Below are positions 41,938 to 50,826 of a stretch of 64,000 nt of DNA, in pieces. The stretch is taken from assembly GCA_050290185.1 (NCBI GenBank), contig JBNKHE010000003.1, positions 32,001-96,000 of the forward strand. Direction: 5' to 3'. The notes beneath the pieces were generated by a model. That model ran no database searches. It was given only the letters and a program-made list of their open reading frames with translations, and was not told the DNA's origin. The translations under genes were made by a program, and so were the position numbers. Within the stretch, counting starts at the first letter, position 1; each line of letters opens with the position of its first letter. This stretch comes from Pontiella sp. (GTDB lineage Bacteria; Verrucomicrobiota; Kiritimatiellia; Kiritimatiellales; Pontiellaceae).

Positions 41938-42296
41938 AACTTATGTATGTCCTGACATCGCTAATGATAAGATAGTAGTCGCGAAGATGCAGTCTTGTTG
42001 CATTATTGTCGGGGACCATTCGGTGGGTTTGATTGCTTTTGGCAGAGACAGGGTTGGCTATGGAGCTAGGTGCACGTCCCTTTATTCATAGTTGTACACG
42101 GTAACACATCCACATCGGGAAGCGGCTTGCATAGAAAATATATGCCAACGCTAGTGTTATCCGTTGATATTCGATACTAGAGCAGAAGGGTATGGGATCA
42201 CTTTGTTGAGTCTAGTCAATAGCGAGTGTTAGTTAGGTATAGGCGAATGCGTATGAGTGAGATTCTTGCAGATAAGGGAATTCTTGAGTCTTGATT

Positions 42297-43208
42297 ATGA
42301 AATTTTGGATTGTTACTCCCAGTTATAACCAACTGGAATGGCTTAAGTTGTGTGTCGCTTCCGTGGCCGATCAGGCGTCGGAAGATCGAGAGGGTGGAGC
42401 AGGGTGTATCGAGGTGCATCACCATATTCAGGACGCCCTGTCATCAGATGGCACTCCGGAATGGTTGGCAGAGCATGTTGCCCAAAAACCACCAACCATG
42501 AACTATCAATTGACCTTTGTTAGCGAAGCTGACGGAGGCATGTACGATGCTATCAACCGGGGTTGGAAGTGCGCACCGGAGGGGGTGGATGTGATTGCAC
42601 ATTTGAACTGCGATGAGCAGTATCTGCCTGGTGCTTTGCAAACCATCGCAACGTTCATGTCGAAGCATACCAAGGCAGATGTGGTGCTGGCCGATATGAT
42701 TGTGACCGATCGTGATGGGATGTATATATGCCATCGTCGTAGCCTTAAACCGTATCCGATCGTTTCAAAATATACCTGTGCGGGCTTCACTGCCGCCACC
42801 TTTCAGCGATCTTCGGTAACGAAATCCAAAAGAGTGTTTTTTGATACATCTTGGAAAAATGTTGGGGACATGGTTTGGTATAATTCATTACATAGCACTA
42901 ATTGTAGCTTTCGAGTCTGCAACGAAGTTGTCTCCCTGTTTACGGATACCGGAGATAACTTAAATTGGACGGATGACGGAGCTCGAGAGAAACAGCGGTA
43001 TATGAATGCTTTTCTAAGAGGAAGTCCCTTTGGGAGTATAGCCTTTTCAAAGCTGAATGGGTTTCGACGGTGGCTTAAGGAATTTTATACCCATGCGCCA
43101 TCCAGTTATTCAATATATGTTCAGGGAGTGGGCGAACGAGTATATAGAGAGATACTCCATCCTACAGGCCTATGGCATAAAAAACGAGCTAAGCTGGGTT
43201 CCGAATAG
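42297..43208 (+). CDS. Glycosyltransferase family 2
   Basis: IVTPSYNQ, DGGMYDAINRG, HLNCDEQYLPG. Confidence 0.88.
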   Translation: MKFWIVTPSYNQLEWLKLCVASVADQASEDREGGAGCIEVHHHIQDALSSDGTPEWLAEHVAQKPPTMNYQLTFVSEADGGMYDAINRGWKCAPEGVDVIAHLNCDEQYLPGALQTIATFMSKHTKADVVLADMIVTDRDGMYICHRRSLKPYPIVSKYTCAGFTAATFQRSSVTKSKRVFFDTSWKNVGDMVWYNSLHSTNCSFRVCNEVVSLFTDTGDNLNWTDDGAREKQRYMNAFLRGSPFGSIAFSKLNGFRRWLKEFYTHAPSSYSIYVQGVGERVYREILHPTGLWHKKRAKLGSE

Positions 43209-43300
43209 AATTCCAAGATTGTTGAGACGGAATGGAAGATATGGTTTTAGTTTCCCCAGTAGAATGCTTTATGTGGGATTTTCTGTAACGAGATATAAGC

Positions 43301-43993
43301 ATGAAAGAAAAGAATATCGAGTTGGGCTGCTTTTTCCCTCCTTACAATAGAAGAACCTGTTGTCCTCCTGGGAGGTTGAGGCCTCAACAGGAGAACTACA
43401 GACCCAATATTATCGTTGCGTCATTTCCGAGATCCGGAACCCATCTTTTAATAGATTTAATCCTTAATAATTTTAAGCCGTACAGGAGGAGTCCACTAAT
43501 CGTGGATGTTGATCATTTTATTAATGACAAGGACCGTGTCATGCGTGTGTTGGAATGCGGTGGTTATGTGTTAAAGACCCATTTTCCTGTGAATCCCGAC
43601 GTGGTGCTTTCGGCTTCGGCACAGGACAATATGAAGTTGTTGATTGAGCGTGCGATTATCTTTCGTCCTATACGCGACAAGCATTCAGTATTGAAGTCGG
43701 CGGGTAAAATGTGGCCGTCTCTCAAAGAAACCGAGATCTTAGGTCTTATGGATTCCTTTCAGTTGTTTTGGGAATCGCATAATACAATTGACTTTAAGTT
43801 CATCGACATTACGGGAAATTATTCAAGTGTTGTGGCCCGGATATCGCGATATCTTGGCATTCCAGCACCGAAGAGAATTACTGGTCCATATAGCAAGGAC
43901 AGAGTGTATTTCATCTTGCTAACAAAGCTCCTTACCCGTGTGTTAGGGCGCTTTTCTCCTCTTATAAACACAACTATCGGCTTTGGGAAATAG
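43301..43993 (+). CDS. Sulfotransferase-like protein
   Basis: IIVASFPRSGTHLL, LKTH. Confidence 0.65.
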   Translation: MKEKNIELGCFFPPYNRRTCCPPGRLRPQQENYRPNIIVASFPRSGTHLLIDLILNNFKPYRRSPLIVDVDHFINDKDRVMRVLECGGYVLKTHFPVNPDVVLSASAQDNMKLLIERAIIFRPIRDKHSVLKSAGKMWPSLKETEILGLMDSFQLFWESHNTIDFKFIDITGNYSSVVARISRYLGIPAPKRITGPYSKDRVYFILLTKLLTRVLGRFSPLINTTIGFGK

Positions 43994-44008
43994 TCTGGAA
44001 TTTGTCCT

Positions 44009-45319
44009 GTGAAAATCATTCAGGCTCACAACTATTACCTGCATGCTGGTGGCGAGGATGCGGTGGTTGCCGCGGAGCGGCAAATGCTTGAGATTCAAGG
44101 GAATATCGTTGTTCCTTACTATAAGAGTAATGAAGATATTGCGGCTTCTAGCAATAAGCTAATAGCTGTTGGCCAACTGCTAAAGGCTTCCCTTAGGACT
44201 ATCTGGAACCACCAGACGTACCGAGAGTTTCAGAAGCTACTTCAAAGTGAAAAGCCGGATGTGGTGCATTGCCACAACACCTTTCCGCTGATCTCTCCGT
44301 CGATCTACTGGGCCTGCGCGAAGGAAAAAGTTCCCGTTGTCCAAACTCTCCACAACTATAGACTCTTGTGCTTAAACGCTTTTTTGTTTCGAACCACGAA
44401 GAGTCACGAAAATAAGAACCTCTGCGACTCTGCGGCTTTGAGCGAGAATAAATCTGGTATATGCGAATTGTGCGTTAATAAATCCTTCAAGTGGCCCGGT
44501 ATCCGGTATCGCTGTTATCGCGGATCGTTGCCGGGGTCGCTCGTCGTTACGCTGATGCTTTTTGTCCACAAGCTGCGGGGAACTTGGACCAAAAAGGTAA
44601 CGGCCTACATTGCCCTGACCGAGTTTCAAAAACGGAAAATGGTGGAAGAGGGACTTCCGGGGGATAAAATTTTGGTGAAATCCAACTTCATCGACGATTC
44701 ATCGATGAAAGAGCCATTAGCCTCCAATGACTCTGTGCCCTCTGTGGTGGATAAACCGTACTGCATATTTGTGGGAAGGTTGAGCCCTGAAAAGGGGTGC
44801 GATGTACTGCTAAAAGCGTGGGCGCGTTTCGGGGAAATGCCAATAGCTAACGATCATCAGCCCCAGCTGCTTATCGCTGGAGACGGTCCCGAACGCGAAT
44901 CTCTCGAAAAGCTGTCTGCCGACCTCTGTCTGACGACCTCTGTCACATTTCTCGGCAAACAGTCAAAGGGAAGTGTACTTTCTTTAATGCGCAACGCGCA
45001 GTTTCTCGCGCTTCCCTCCGTTTGGTACGAAGGGTTTCCAATGACGATTGTGGAAGCATTTTCGTGCGGAACGCCTGTTGTTGCCTCCAATGACGGAGGA
45101 ATGCTGGATGTGATTGACGAAGGAAAAACCGGTTTGCTTTTTTCCATGGGCGATGTAAATGCGCTGGCGAACACGCTCCTATGGGCGTTTGAACATCTCG
45201 AAGAGATGGCATCAATGAGTGCTGCCGCTCACAAGGATTTTAGCGAGAAGTTTTCGTCGGACATCAACTATGGAGAGCTCATAGGGATCTATGAACGGGC
45301 GTTGGGCATCAGGTGTTAG
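44009..45319 (+). CDS. Glycosyltransferase family 4 with repeat-derived insertions
   Basis: HNYY..GGED, HNTFPLISPS, VGRLSPEKG, YEGFPMTIVEAF. Confidence 0.92.
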   Translation: MKIIQAHNYYLHAGGEDAVVAAERQMLEIQGNIVVPYYKSNEDIAASSNKLIAVGQLLKASLRTIWNHQTYREFQKLLQSEKPDVVHCHNTFPLISPSIYWACAKEKVPVVQTLHNYRLLCLNAFLFRTTKSHENKNLCDSAALSENKSGICELCVNKSFKWPGIRYRCYRGSLPGSLVVTLMLFVHKLRGTWTKKVTAYIALTEFQKRKMVEEGLPGDKILVKSNFIDDSSMKEPLASNDSVPSVVDKPYCIFVGRLSPEKGCDVLLKAWARFGEMPIANDHQPQLLIAGDGPERESLEKLSADLCLTTSVTFLGKQSKGSVLSLMRNAQFLALPSVWYEGFPMTIVEAFSCGTPVVASNDGGMLDVIDEGKTGLLFSMGDVNALANTLLWAFEHLEEMASMSAAAHKDFSEKFSSDINYGELIGIYERALGIRC

Positions 45320-45329
45320 GATTTCGGTC

Positions 45330-47753
45330 ATGACTGTACTTTTCTTGTATATCATCACATTGTGCTCATTCACCTTCTATGGCGTGGTGGGCGAGGACAA
45401 GACATGGTTGCTGGCGCCTTTGTTTCTTTTCAGCTATGCGGCAATTACGATTGCCTTGCTGAAAAGAGCATCCTCCTTCGCTCAAGCTTCAGCGGACAGA
45501 TTTGGCATGGGGCATGGCAATGAGAAGCTAAGAGCTAATAGCCAACAGCCAACAGCCGGAGCATTGCTTATCCTTTTTCTCCTATGGGGAATAGCAATGA
45601 TCCCCCAGGCAACGGTGCCTTTCGAGTCAAAGCTGGTGATGCTGTTCATCGGCGGGGTGGTGGGGGCTTATCTCGTATGGGGCGGGGAACTGACGACGTT
45701 CAAGGACAACCGGCTTCTGTTGGGCTTCCTGATCTTTGTCGTGATGGGACTGGCGCTGTATGGCCTGATCATCTATTTCCGTTGCCCGGACAGGATCCTA
45801 TGGACGGAACGGTATGCCGACTATCCCGGTCGCTTGGCGTCGACCTATATCTGCCCGAATCACTTTGCCCATTTGATGCAGATGCTGATGCCGTTCTGCG
45901 CGGCGTTGCTGTTCATTCCCCAGACGGGCATCTTTCTGCGCCTGCTGGCGGGATATAGTTTGCTGGTGTTTCTTCCGCCCTTGTTCCTGACCGAATCGCG
46001 CGCAGGGTGGCTGGGTTCGATTGTCGGGGTGGGGGTCGTAGCCTGCCTGATGGCGCTGCGCCGCAGCAAAAAGTTGTTCCTGCTCCTGGTGATCTTCGTC
46101 CCGTTGTGTTCAACGCTCATCCTGTTCGCGGGATGGCGGTTTTCCGAAACCTTCCACCGCCGGGTCACACCGGTCGTGGAATTCCTGAAGTATCAGGGTG
46201 AAGAGGGCGTTGGCAGCGAGTCGAAGGATTTCCGGCCGCAGACCTGGATGGATACGATCGATATGGTCAAGGAGGCCCCGCTGATCGGTTTCGGACCGGG
46301 GAACTACCGGTATACTTTTCCAGAGCACCGCAATCGCTTCAAAGGACGCCAGGTTGTTACCGGCCACCCGCACAATGAATATCTGGAACTGATCGCGGAT
46401 TATGGGCTGATTGGATTTGCCCTGTTTGCCCTGGCCTGGATCTATGGTTTGATCCGGATCCTGATTGCGTCGTTGAAGTCGGAGGAAGTGCGCCATGCCT
46501 TCATCGGCTTTGCCTTTGTCGGCACCGCCGCTGGAACGATGGTCCACTCCTTCTTCGACTTCGAGATGCATGTGTATCCCAACGCGCTTGTTTTCGCGTT
46601 GCTGGCCGCCTTGGCCTGGGGACCGTTGGCCGCGCAGAAGGCAAAAGGCGTCAGGCGTCGGGCCCGGGACTCCAGAGACCATGAACCGCAAACGGCCAAC
46701 TCCAAACTTCACGCTGCATTTTCACACAGAGATAGCAGAGATAACGGAGGGCAGAAGTCAGCAGCCAGCTCCGAACTGTTGGTTCAAAATGATTCCCCAA
46801 CAATCAGCAACGTTCAACGTTCAACATTTAACGTGCAGCGTTTAGCAACATGGCTCCTTGCCATCGGCTACCTGTCGTTAACCGTTCTCTGTCTTCAGAC
46901 CATGTCGTCCGCCTTCATCCGTGCTATGGCGGATAAGAAGGTGGAGACATTGGTCACTCGCCATGCACCCAGCTCCAAGCTCCATGCACAGCATCTTTAC
47001 GAGCTGTCAGCTCGGATAGATGCTGCGAACTGGCGGGCGTACAAGGGGATGGCGGATTTACTCTCTAATCAGCGTTACTATTCGCTCGATATGGAGGAGA
47101 AGGTCCAGCTGGCCGAGGAGGAGCGTGGTTGGTACGAGAAGACCTATGTGCAGAATCCGAAGGATCCGGAGCTCATCTCTGCCTACGGAAAATGTCTCAT
47201 TTTTCTCGGAAATGCCGAGAGCATGGGACATAGGGCAGGGAGTCGGGTGGAAGAAATATCACGCAGCGATAGCGGAGACAGCGGAGAGGATAATGCAAAA
47301 CAAACGCTCTCTGTTAACGCTGTGCGAGATAATGATTCATTTACACCTGCAGAACTAATCGATCATGGACTGGAGCTGCTCCGCGAAGCGTGCAGCTACC
47401 GCCCATTCAACGATGTCTACTGGTGGACGCTGGGCGTGGAGTTGCGTAAGCTGGGTCGCTACGAAGAAGCGTTGGACGTATTTAAAAAGGCGCAGTCGAT
47501 CCGCCGTACGCCAACGACGGTCGCCAATATAAAGTGGATCGAGAAGCAGATAGCCCTTCGGCTTCACTCAGGGCAGGCAGGGGACGGGAGAAAGGACGCA
47601 GGAGCCAGGGAGCAGGAATCTGAGCCGGCAGAAAGGGAACCTCAAACCGCAAACCCCAAACCGCAAACCTCAACGAACTTCGTCCTCCCCGACCCGACCA
47701 ACGCAGCGGCTGATCCGGGGTTGATGAAGCTGCTTGACCAAATGGAAGAATAG
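45330..47753 (+). CDS. O-antigen ligase family protein with C-terminal TPR-like region and repeat-derived insertions
   Basis: PNHFA, TESRAGW, GFGPGNY, HPHNEYLELIADYGLIG, HSFFDF. Confidence 0.88.
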   Translation: MTVLFLYIITLCSFTFYGVVGEDKTWLLAPLFLFSYAAITIALLKRASSFAQASADRFGMGHGNEKLRANSQQPTAGALLILFLLWGIAMIPQATVPFESKLVMLFIGGVVGAYLVWGGELTTFKDNRLLLGFLIFVVMGLALYGLIIYFRCPDRILWTERYADYPGRLASTYICPNHFAHLMQMLMPFCAALLFIPQTGIFLRLLAGYSLLVFLPPLFLTESRAGWLGSIVGVGVVACLMALRRSKKLFLLLVIFVPLCSTLILFAGWRFSETFHRRVTPVVEFLKYQGEEGVGSESKDFRPQTWMDTIDMVKEAPLIGFGPGNYRYTFPEHRNRFKGRQVVTGHPHNEYLELIADYGLIGFALFALAWIYGLIRILIASLKSEEVRHAFIGFAFVGTAAGTMVHSFFDFEMHVYPNALVFALLAALAWGPLAAQKAKGVRRRARDSRDHEPQTANSKLHAAFSHRDSRDNGGQKSAASSELLVQNDSPTISNVQRSTFNVQRLATWLLAIGYLSLTVLCLQTMSSAFIRAMADKKVETLVTRHAPSSKLHAQHLYELSARIDAANWRAYKGMADLLSNQRYYSLDMEEKVQLAEEERGWYEKTYVQNPKDPELISAYGKCLIFLGNAESMGHRAGSRVEEISRSDSGDSGEDNAKQTLSVNAVRDNDSFTPAELIDHGLELLREACSYRPFNDVYWWTLGVELRKLGRYEEALDVFKKAQSIRRTPTTVANIKWIEKQIALRLHSGQAGDGRKDAGAREQESEPAEREPQTANPKPQTSTNFVLPDPTNAAADPGLMKLLDQMEE

Positions 47754-47947
47754 GAAGCTTACCTCAGATCTTGCAGAACAACGTAGATAAGATCTCCCGC
47801 GGAGATAGCGGCTTCCGGCTCATGGAGGCTACACCCTAGAGGGAGCAAGCAACGACCTTTAAAGCGATACTAAGTACCATGTTTTTACTACCTCTTATCT
47901 TCATCGCTGACTCCGTTGACTTTGTGTGATATTTATCCGAAATGTTA

Positions 47948-49051
47948 ATGCACTTTACCATAATCACCCCATCCTTCAACCAGCTCGGCTATCTCAAACG
48001 GTGTGTGGCTTCAGTCGCTGATCAAGTGACTGAAAGCATGGAACATGGAGCGGGGCGCATAGAGGTGTGCCACCATGTTCAGGACGGTGGTTCGACGGAT
48101 GGTGCCCGCGAATGGCTGGAGTGTTATGCGAACGAAGTCCGCGAGCAAAATACAGAGGACACAGGACAGAGGACGGAGGACTGCTCCCCTAATGCCGAAT
48201 GTCTAGCGCCTGGTGCCTACACTTTCACGTATGCAAGTGCACCGGATAACGGGATGTATGATGCGATCAACAAAGGTGTGGCCTTTGCGTTAAATCGGTC
48301 TACGACCTCGTTGAATTCGTTAAAGCAGGCTTCGCCTTCGTTAAATCCGTGCCCGAACGATTTCAACGTCTTGAACCTTCAACATTCAACGAAACCTCGC
48401 GACAGCGTGATCGCCTGGCTGAACTGCGACGAACAGTATCTGCCAGGAACCCTGCATAAGGTGGCGGTTTTTTTTGAGCAGCATCCGGAGGTGGATATTG
48501 TGTTCGGTGGCATGCTGATGGTGGATGAGGCTGGAAAGCTGCTGGCTTGCCGCAAGGCCATGCCGATGCGGCGGTTGTTCCTTGAGGCGTCTTATTTATA
48601 TAACTATTCCTGTGCGATGTTTTTTCGTCGATCGGCGTGGGAGAAGTTGGGCGGATTCGATTCAGCCTATCGCAATGCCGGGGATGAAGAGCTGGTGCGA
48701 CGAGCGATGAAGCTGGGGATGAAGACTGCTGTAGTGGATGGTTATCTTTCGGTCTTTACCTATGCAGGGCACAACCTAAGTTCGGAGGGGACGTCCGCCG
48801 TTCAGGAGCATGAGCGACTGAAACAATCAGAATCCCGGGCAAGCCGGTGGCTCCGTTTACCGATCAATCTGGCCCGGCTGGCGGAAAAGTGGATGCGCGG
48901 AGGACTACATGAGCGCGGGGCTTTAGTCTTTGAAATCTACACGGACCCATTGGAAGCGCGCTCCCTTTTTGAAGAGGATAACCCAAGTTGCCACTGGCCT
49001 GGTGAGGTGAAGCCGTATCTGCTCAATCATAGATTGAGCGATAGGCGTTAG
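47948..49051 (+). CDS. Glycosyltransferase family 2 (paralog of 42297) with repeat-derived insertions
   Basis: IITPSFNQ, DGGSTDG, GMYDAINKG, WLNCDEQYLPG. Confidence 0.88.
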   Translation: MHFTIITPSFNQLGYLKRCVASVADQVTESMEHGAGRIEVCHHVQDGGSTDGAREWLECYANEVREQNTEDTGQRTEDCSPNAECLAPGAYTFTYASAPDNGMYDAINKGVAFALNRSTTSLNSLKQASPSLNPCPNDFNVLNLQHSTKPRDSVIAWLNCDEQYLPGTLHKVAVFFEQHPEVDIVFGGMLMVDEAGKLLACRKAMPMRRLFLEASYLYNYSCAMFFRRSAWEKLGGFDSAYRNAGDEELVRRAMKLGMKTAVVDGYLSVFTYAGHNLSSEGTSAVQEHERLKQSESRASRWLRLPINLARLAEKWMRGGLHERGALVFEIYTDPLEARSLFEEDNPSCHWPGEVKPYLLNHRLSDRR

Positions 49052-49067
49052 GTATAGGTGTTGGGTC
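49042..49067. repeat. Left arm of four-helix-bundle gene 4 (TRGGYRT heptamers)
   Basis: TAGGCGT TAGGTA TAGGTGT TGGGTC. Confidence 0.7.
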
Positions 49068-49128
49068 GCGGATGACAGATGGAAAACGTTGAGTCTTTAG
49101 AGTGATATTATCTTGAGCGGGATTTGTG

Positions 49129-49500
49129 ATGGGCGAGCAAGGTTTTAGGCAACTGCGTGTTTGGCAGGAGGCAAAGGCATTGGCTGTCGACGTATACTTG
49201 TTAATCCGAAAATCACTTGCCCTGGACAAGGATTGGGGCCTGAAGGATCAGATGCAGCGGTCTGCCGTATCTATTCCTTCCAATATCGCCGAGGGTGATG
49301 CCCGAAAATCCAACAAGGATTCTATTCGCTTCTTTCACATTGCTTTGGGATCTGCAGCAGAGCTAGCTACTCAGTTGGAGATAGCACTTGAACTTGGGTT
49401 CATCGATGAACTGCCATGCCATGGAATCATTAATCGACTAGATCAGTTGTCGAAAAGCCTTGGCGCTCTCGTCAAGGGGCGGCAACAGCCCAATACCTAA
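49129..49500 (+). CDS. Four helix bundle protein 4
   Basis: FRQLRVWQ, DWGLKDQMQRSAVSIPSNIAEG, IALGSAAELATQLEIA. Confidence 0.93.
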   Translation: MGEQGFRQLRVWQEAKALAVDVYLLIRKSLALDKDWGLKDQMQRSAVSIPSNIAEGDARKSNKDSIRFFHIALGSAAELATQLEIALELGFIDELPCHGIINRLDQLSKSLGALVKGRQQPNT

Positions 49501-49598
49501 AACCTACATATAATGTCAAAATCCAAACACCGAGCACCTCTTAATACCCAATACACTATGCCTGTATCCCAATACCCAATACCCAATACCCAATGTCC
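49489..49598. repeat. Right arm of four-helix-bundle gene 4 (CCCAATA heptamers), running into the next gene
   Basis: CCCAATA x3 perfect at 49568-49588 plus degenerate copies. Confidence 0.88.
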
Positions 49599-50826
49599 GA
49601 CGCGACACCGTCGCGTGGCTATCGATCTGGTTCCGATTCGTGTCGGCGAGGGCGGGACGGGGAGTGGGATCTGGACCTACGCCCGCGAGCTGCTCCTTGC
49701 GATGGATCGGTCGGAGGTCCATGAACTGGAAATCCTTGCGCTGGTCAATGAAGGCCAAGTGCCGTTTTTGTCGGATTTGAAACATATTCGGTTGGTGCGC
49801 TTTCGCGGGGGAGGAAAGAGCATCATCCGGCGATTGTTTTGGGTCCATCTGCAACTGCCGCTCCATTGCTTGTTCAGACGGGTGGATGTGCTCCATAAAC
49901 TGGCGACCGATACGCCGCTGTTTTGTCACTCCAAACGGGTGACCACCATCCACGATTTTTATTACGAGTTCTTGATGGAGCAGCGATCCAGGGAAAGCAT
50001 CCGGCTCTACGAACGTGTGGAGAGCGCTTATTTTTCGATGGTGACAAAAGCCTGCTTCAAGAAATCAAACGCCATTATTACCGTATCGAACGCCACCCGG
50101 GAAGAAGCGGTTCGACGCTATCCCGGTTCCAAAGATCGCATTGCCGTGATTCATCATGGGGCGCCGTACTTGCAGCCGATAGCCGATAGCCGACAGCCAA
50201 GAGCCAAAGAGTCATCCGCACTTCCGTCATCAACCATCAACCATCAATCATCAACGGATATTAAACGTGACGCGTTCAATATCCTCTGCGTCGCCAAGTT
50301 CATGGAACACAAGGGACAGCACCTTCTGCTCAAGGCGTTTGAGCGGTTGCTTGCAGAACACCCTGAGTGTGCGGACACGACCAGACTGACGCTCCGCGGT
50401 TTTCATAATGATTCTGACTATTACGAGGCGATTTGCCGAAAGATCAACGATAGCCGATATGCTTCGAATATTGATCTTGTGGCCTTCGATCCCAAGGACA
50501 CCATCGGGGACATATACCGTAATGCGGATCTGGTGGTTCTGCTTTCGGGTTATGAGGGATTTGGTCTGCCGGTTTTGGAGGCCCAGTCGATGGGCGTGCC
50601 CGTGTTGTGTTCCGACCTGCCGGTCTTGCGGGAGGTCGGTGGAGATGGAGCTGTATATGTAGCGAGGGACGATATAGAACGCGTGGCTAGAGCTATGCAT
50701 CGGTTTATTTTCGATGTCGATTATTATGATGCCCTGCGGAATGAAGCCTCTGGAAATATCCAGCGGTTTTCATGGAACTTAGCCGCCGAGAAGACCTTGA
50801 ATGCCTATGCAATCTGTTTCGCTTAG
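49513..50826 (+). CDS. Glycosyltransferase family 4; N-terminus is repeat-derived, so the exact start is uncertain
   Basis: VTTIHD, TVSNAT, HKGQ, YEGFGLPVLEA. Confidence 0.9.
   Translation: MSKSKHRAPLNTQYTMPVSQYPIPNTQCPTRHRRVAIDLVPIRVGEGGTGSGIWTYARELLLAMDRSEVHELEILALVNEGQVPFLSDLKHIRLVRFRGGGKSIIRRLFWVHLQLPLHCLFRRVDVLHKLATDTPLFCHSKRVTTIHDFYYEFLMEQRSRESIRLYERVESAYFSMVTKACFKKSNAIITVSNATREEAVRRYPGSKDRIAVIHHGAPYLQPIADSRQPRAKESSALPSSTINHQSSTDIKRDAFNILCVAKFMEHKGQHLLLKAFERLLAEHPECADTTRLTLRGFHNDSDYYEAICRKINDSRYASNIDLVAFDPKDTIGDIYRNADLVVLLSGYEGFGLPVLEAQSMGVPVLCSDLPVLREVGGDGAVYVARDDIERVARAMHRFIFDVDYYDALRNEASGNIQRFSWNLAAEKTLNAYAICFA

Noticed and set aside
41934..42290. Decayed glycosyltransferase start (MKLMYVLTSL) in the gap
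   Set aside because: Only ~13 codons before stops; too little to support a call.
22950..49500. Diversity-generating retroelement, suggested by Avd-like genes
   Set aside because: No reverse transcriptase and no TR/VR pair with adenine-specific mismatches seen in this window.
22950..49500. rRNA intervening sequences
   Set aside because: No rRNA sequence flanks any of the four-helix-bundle genes.
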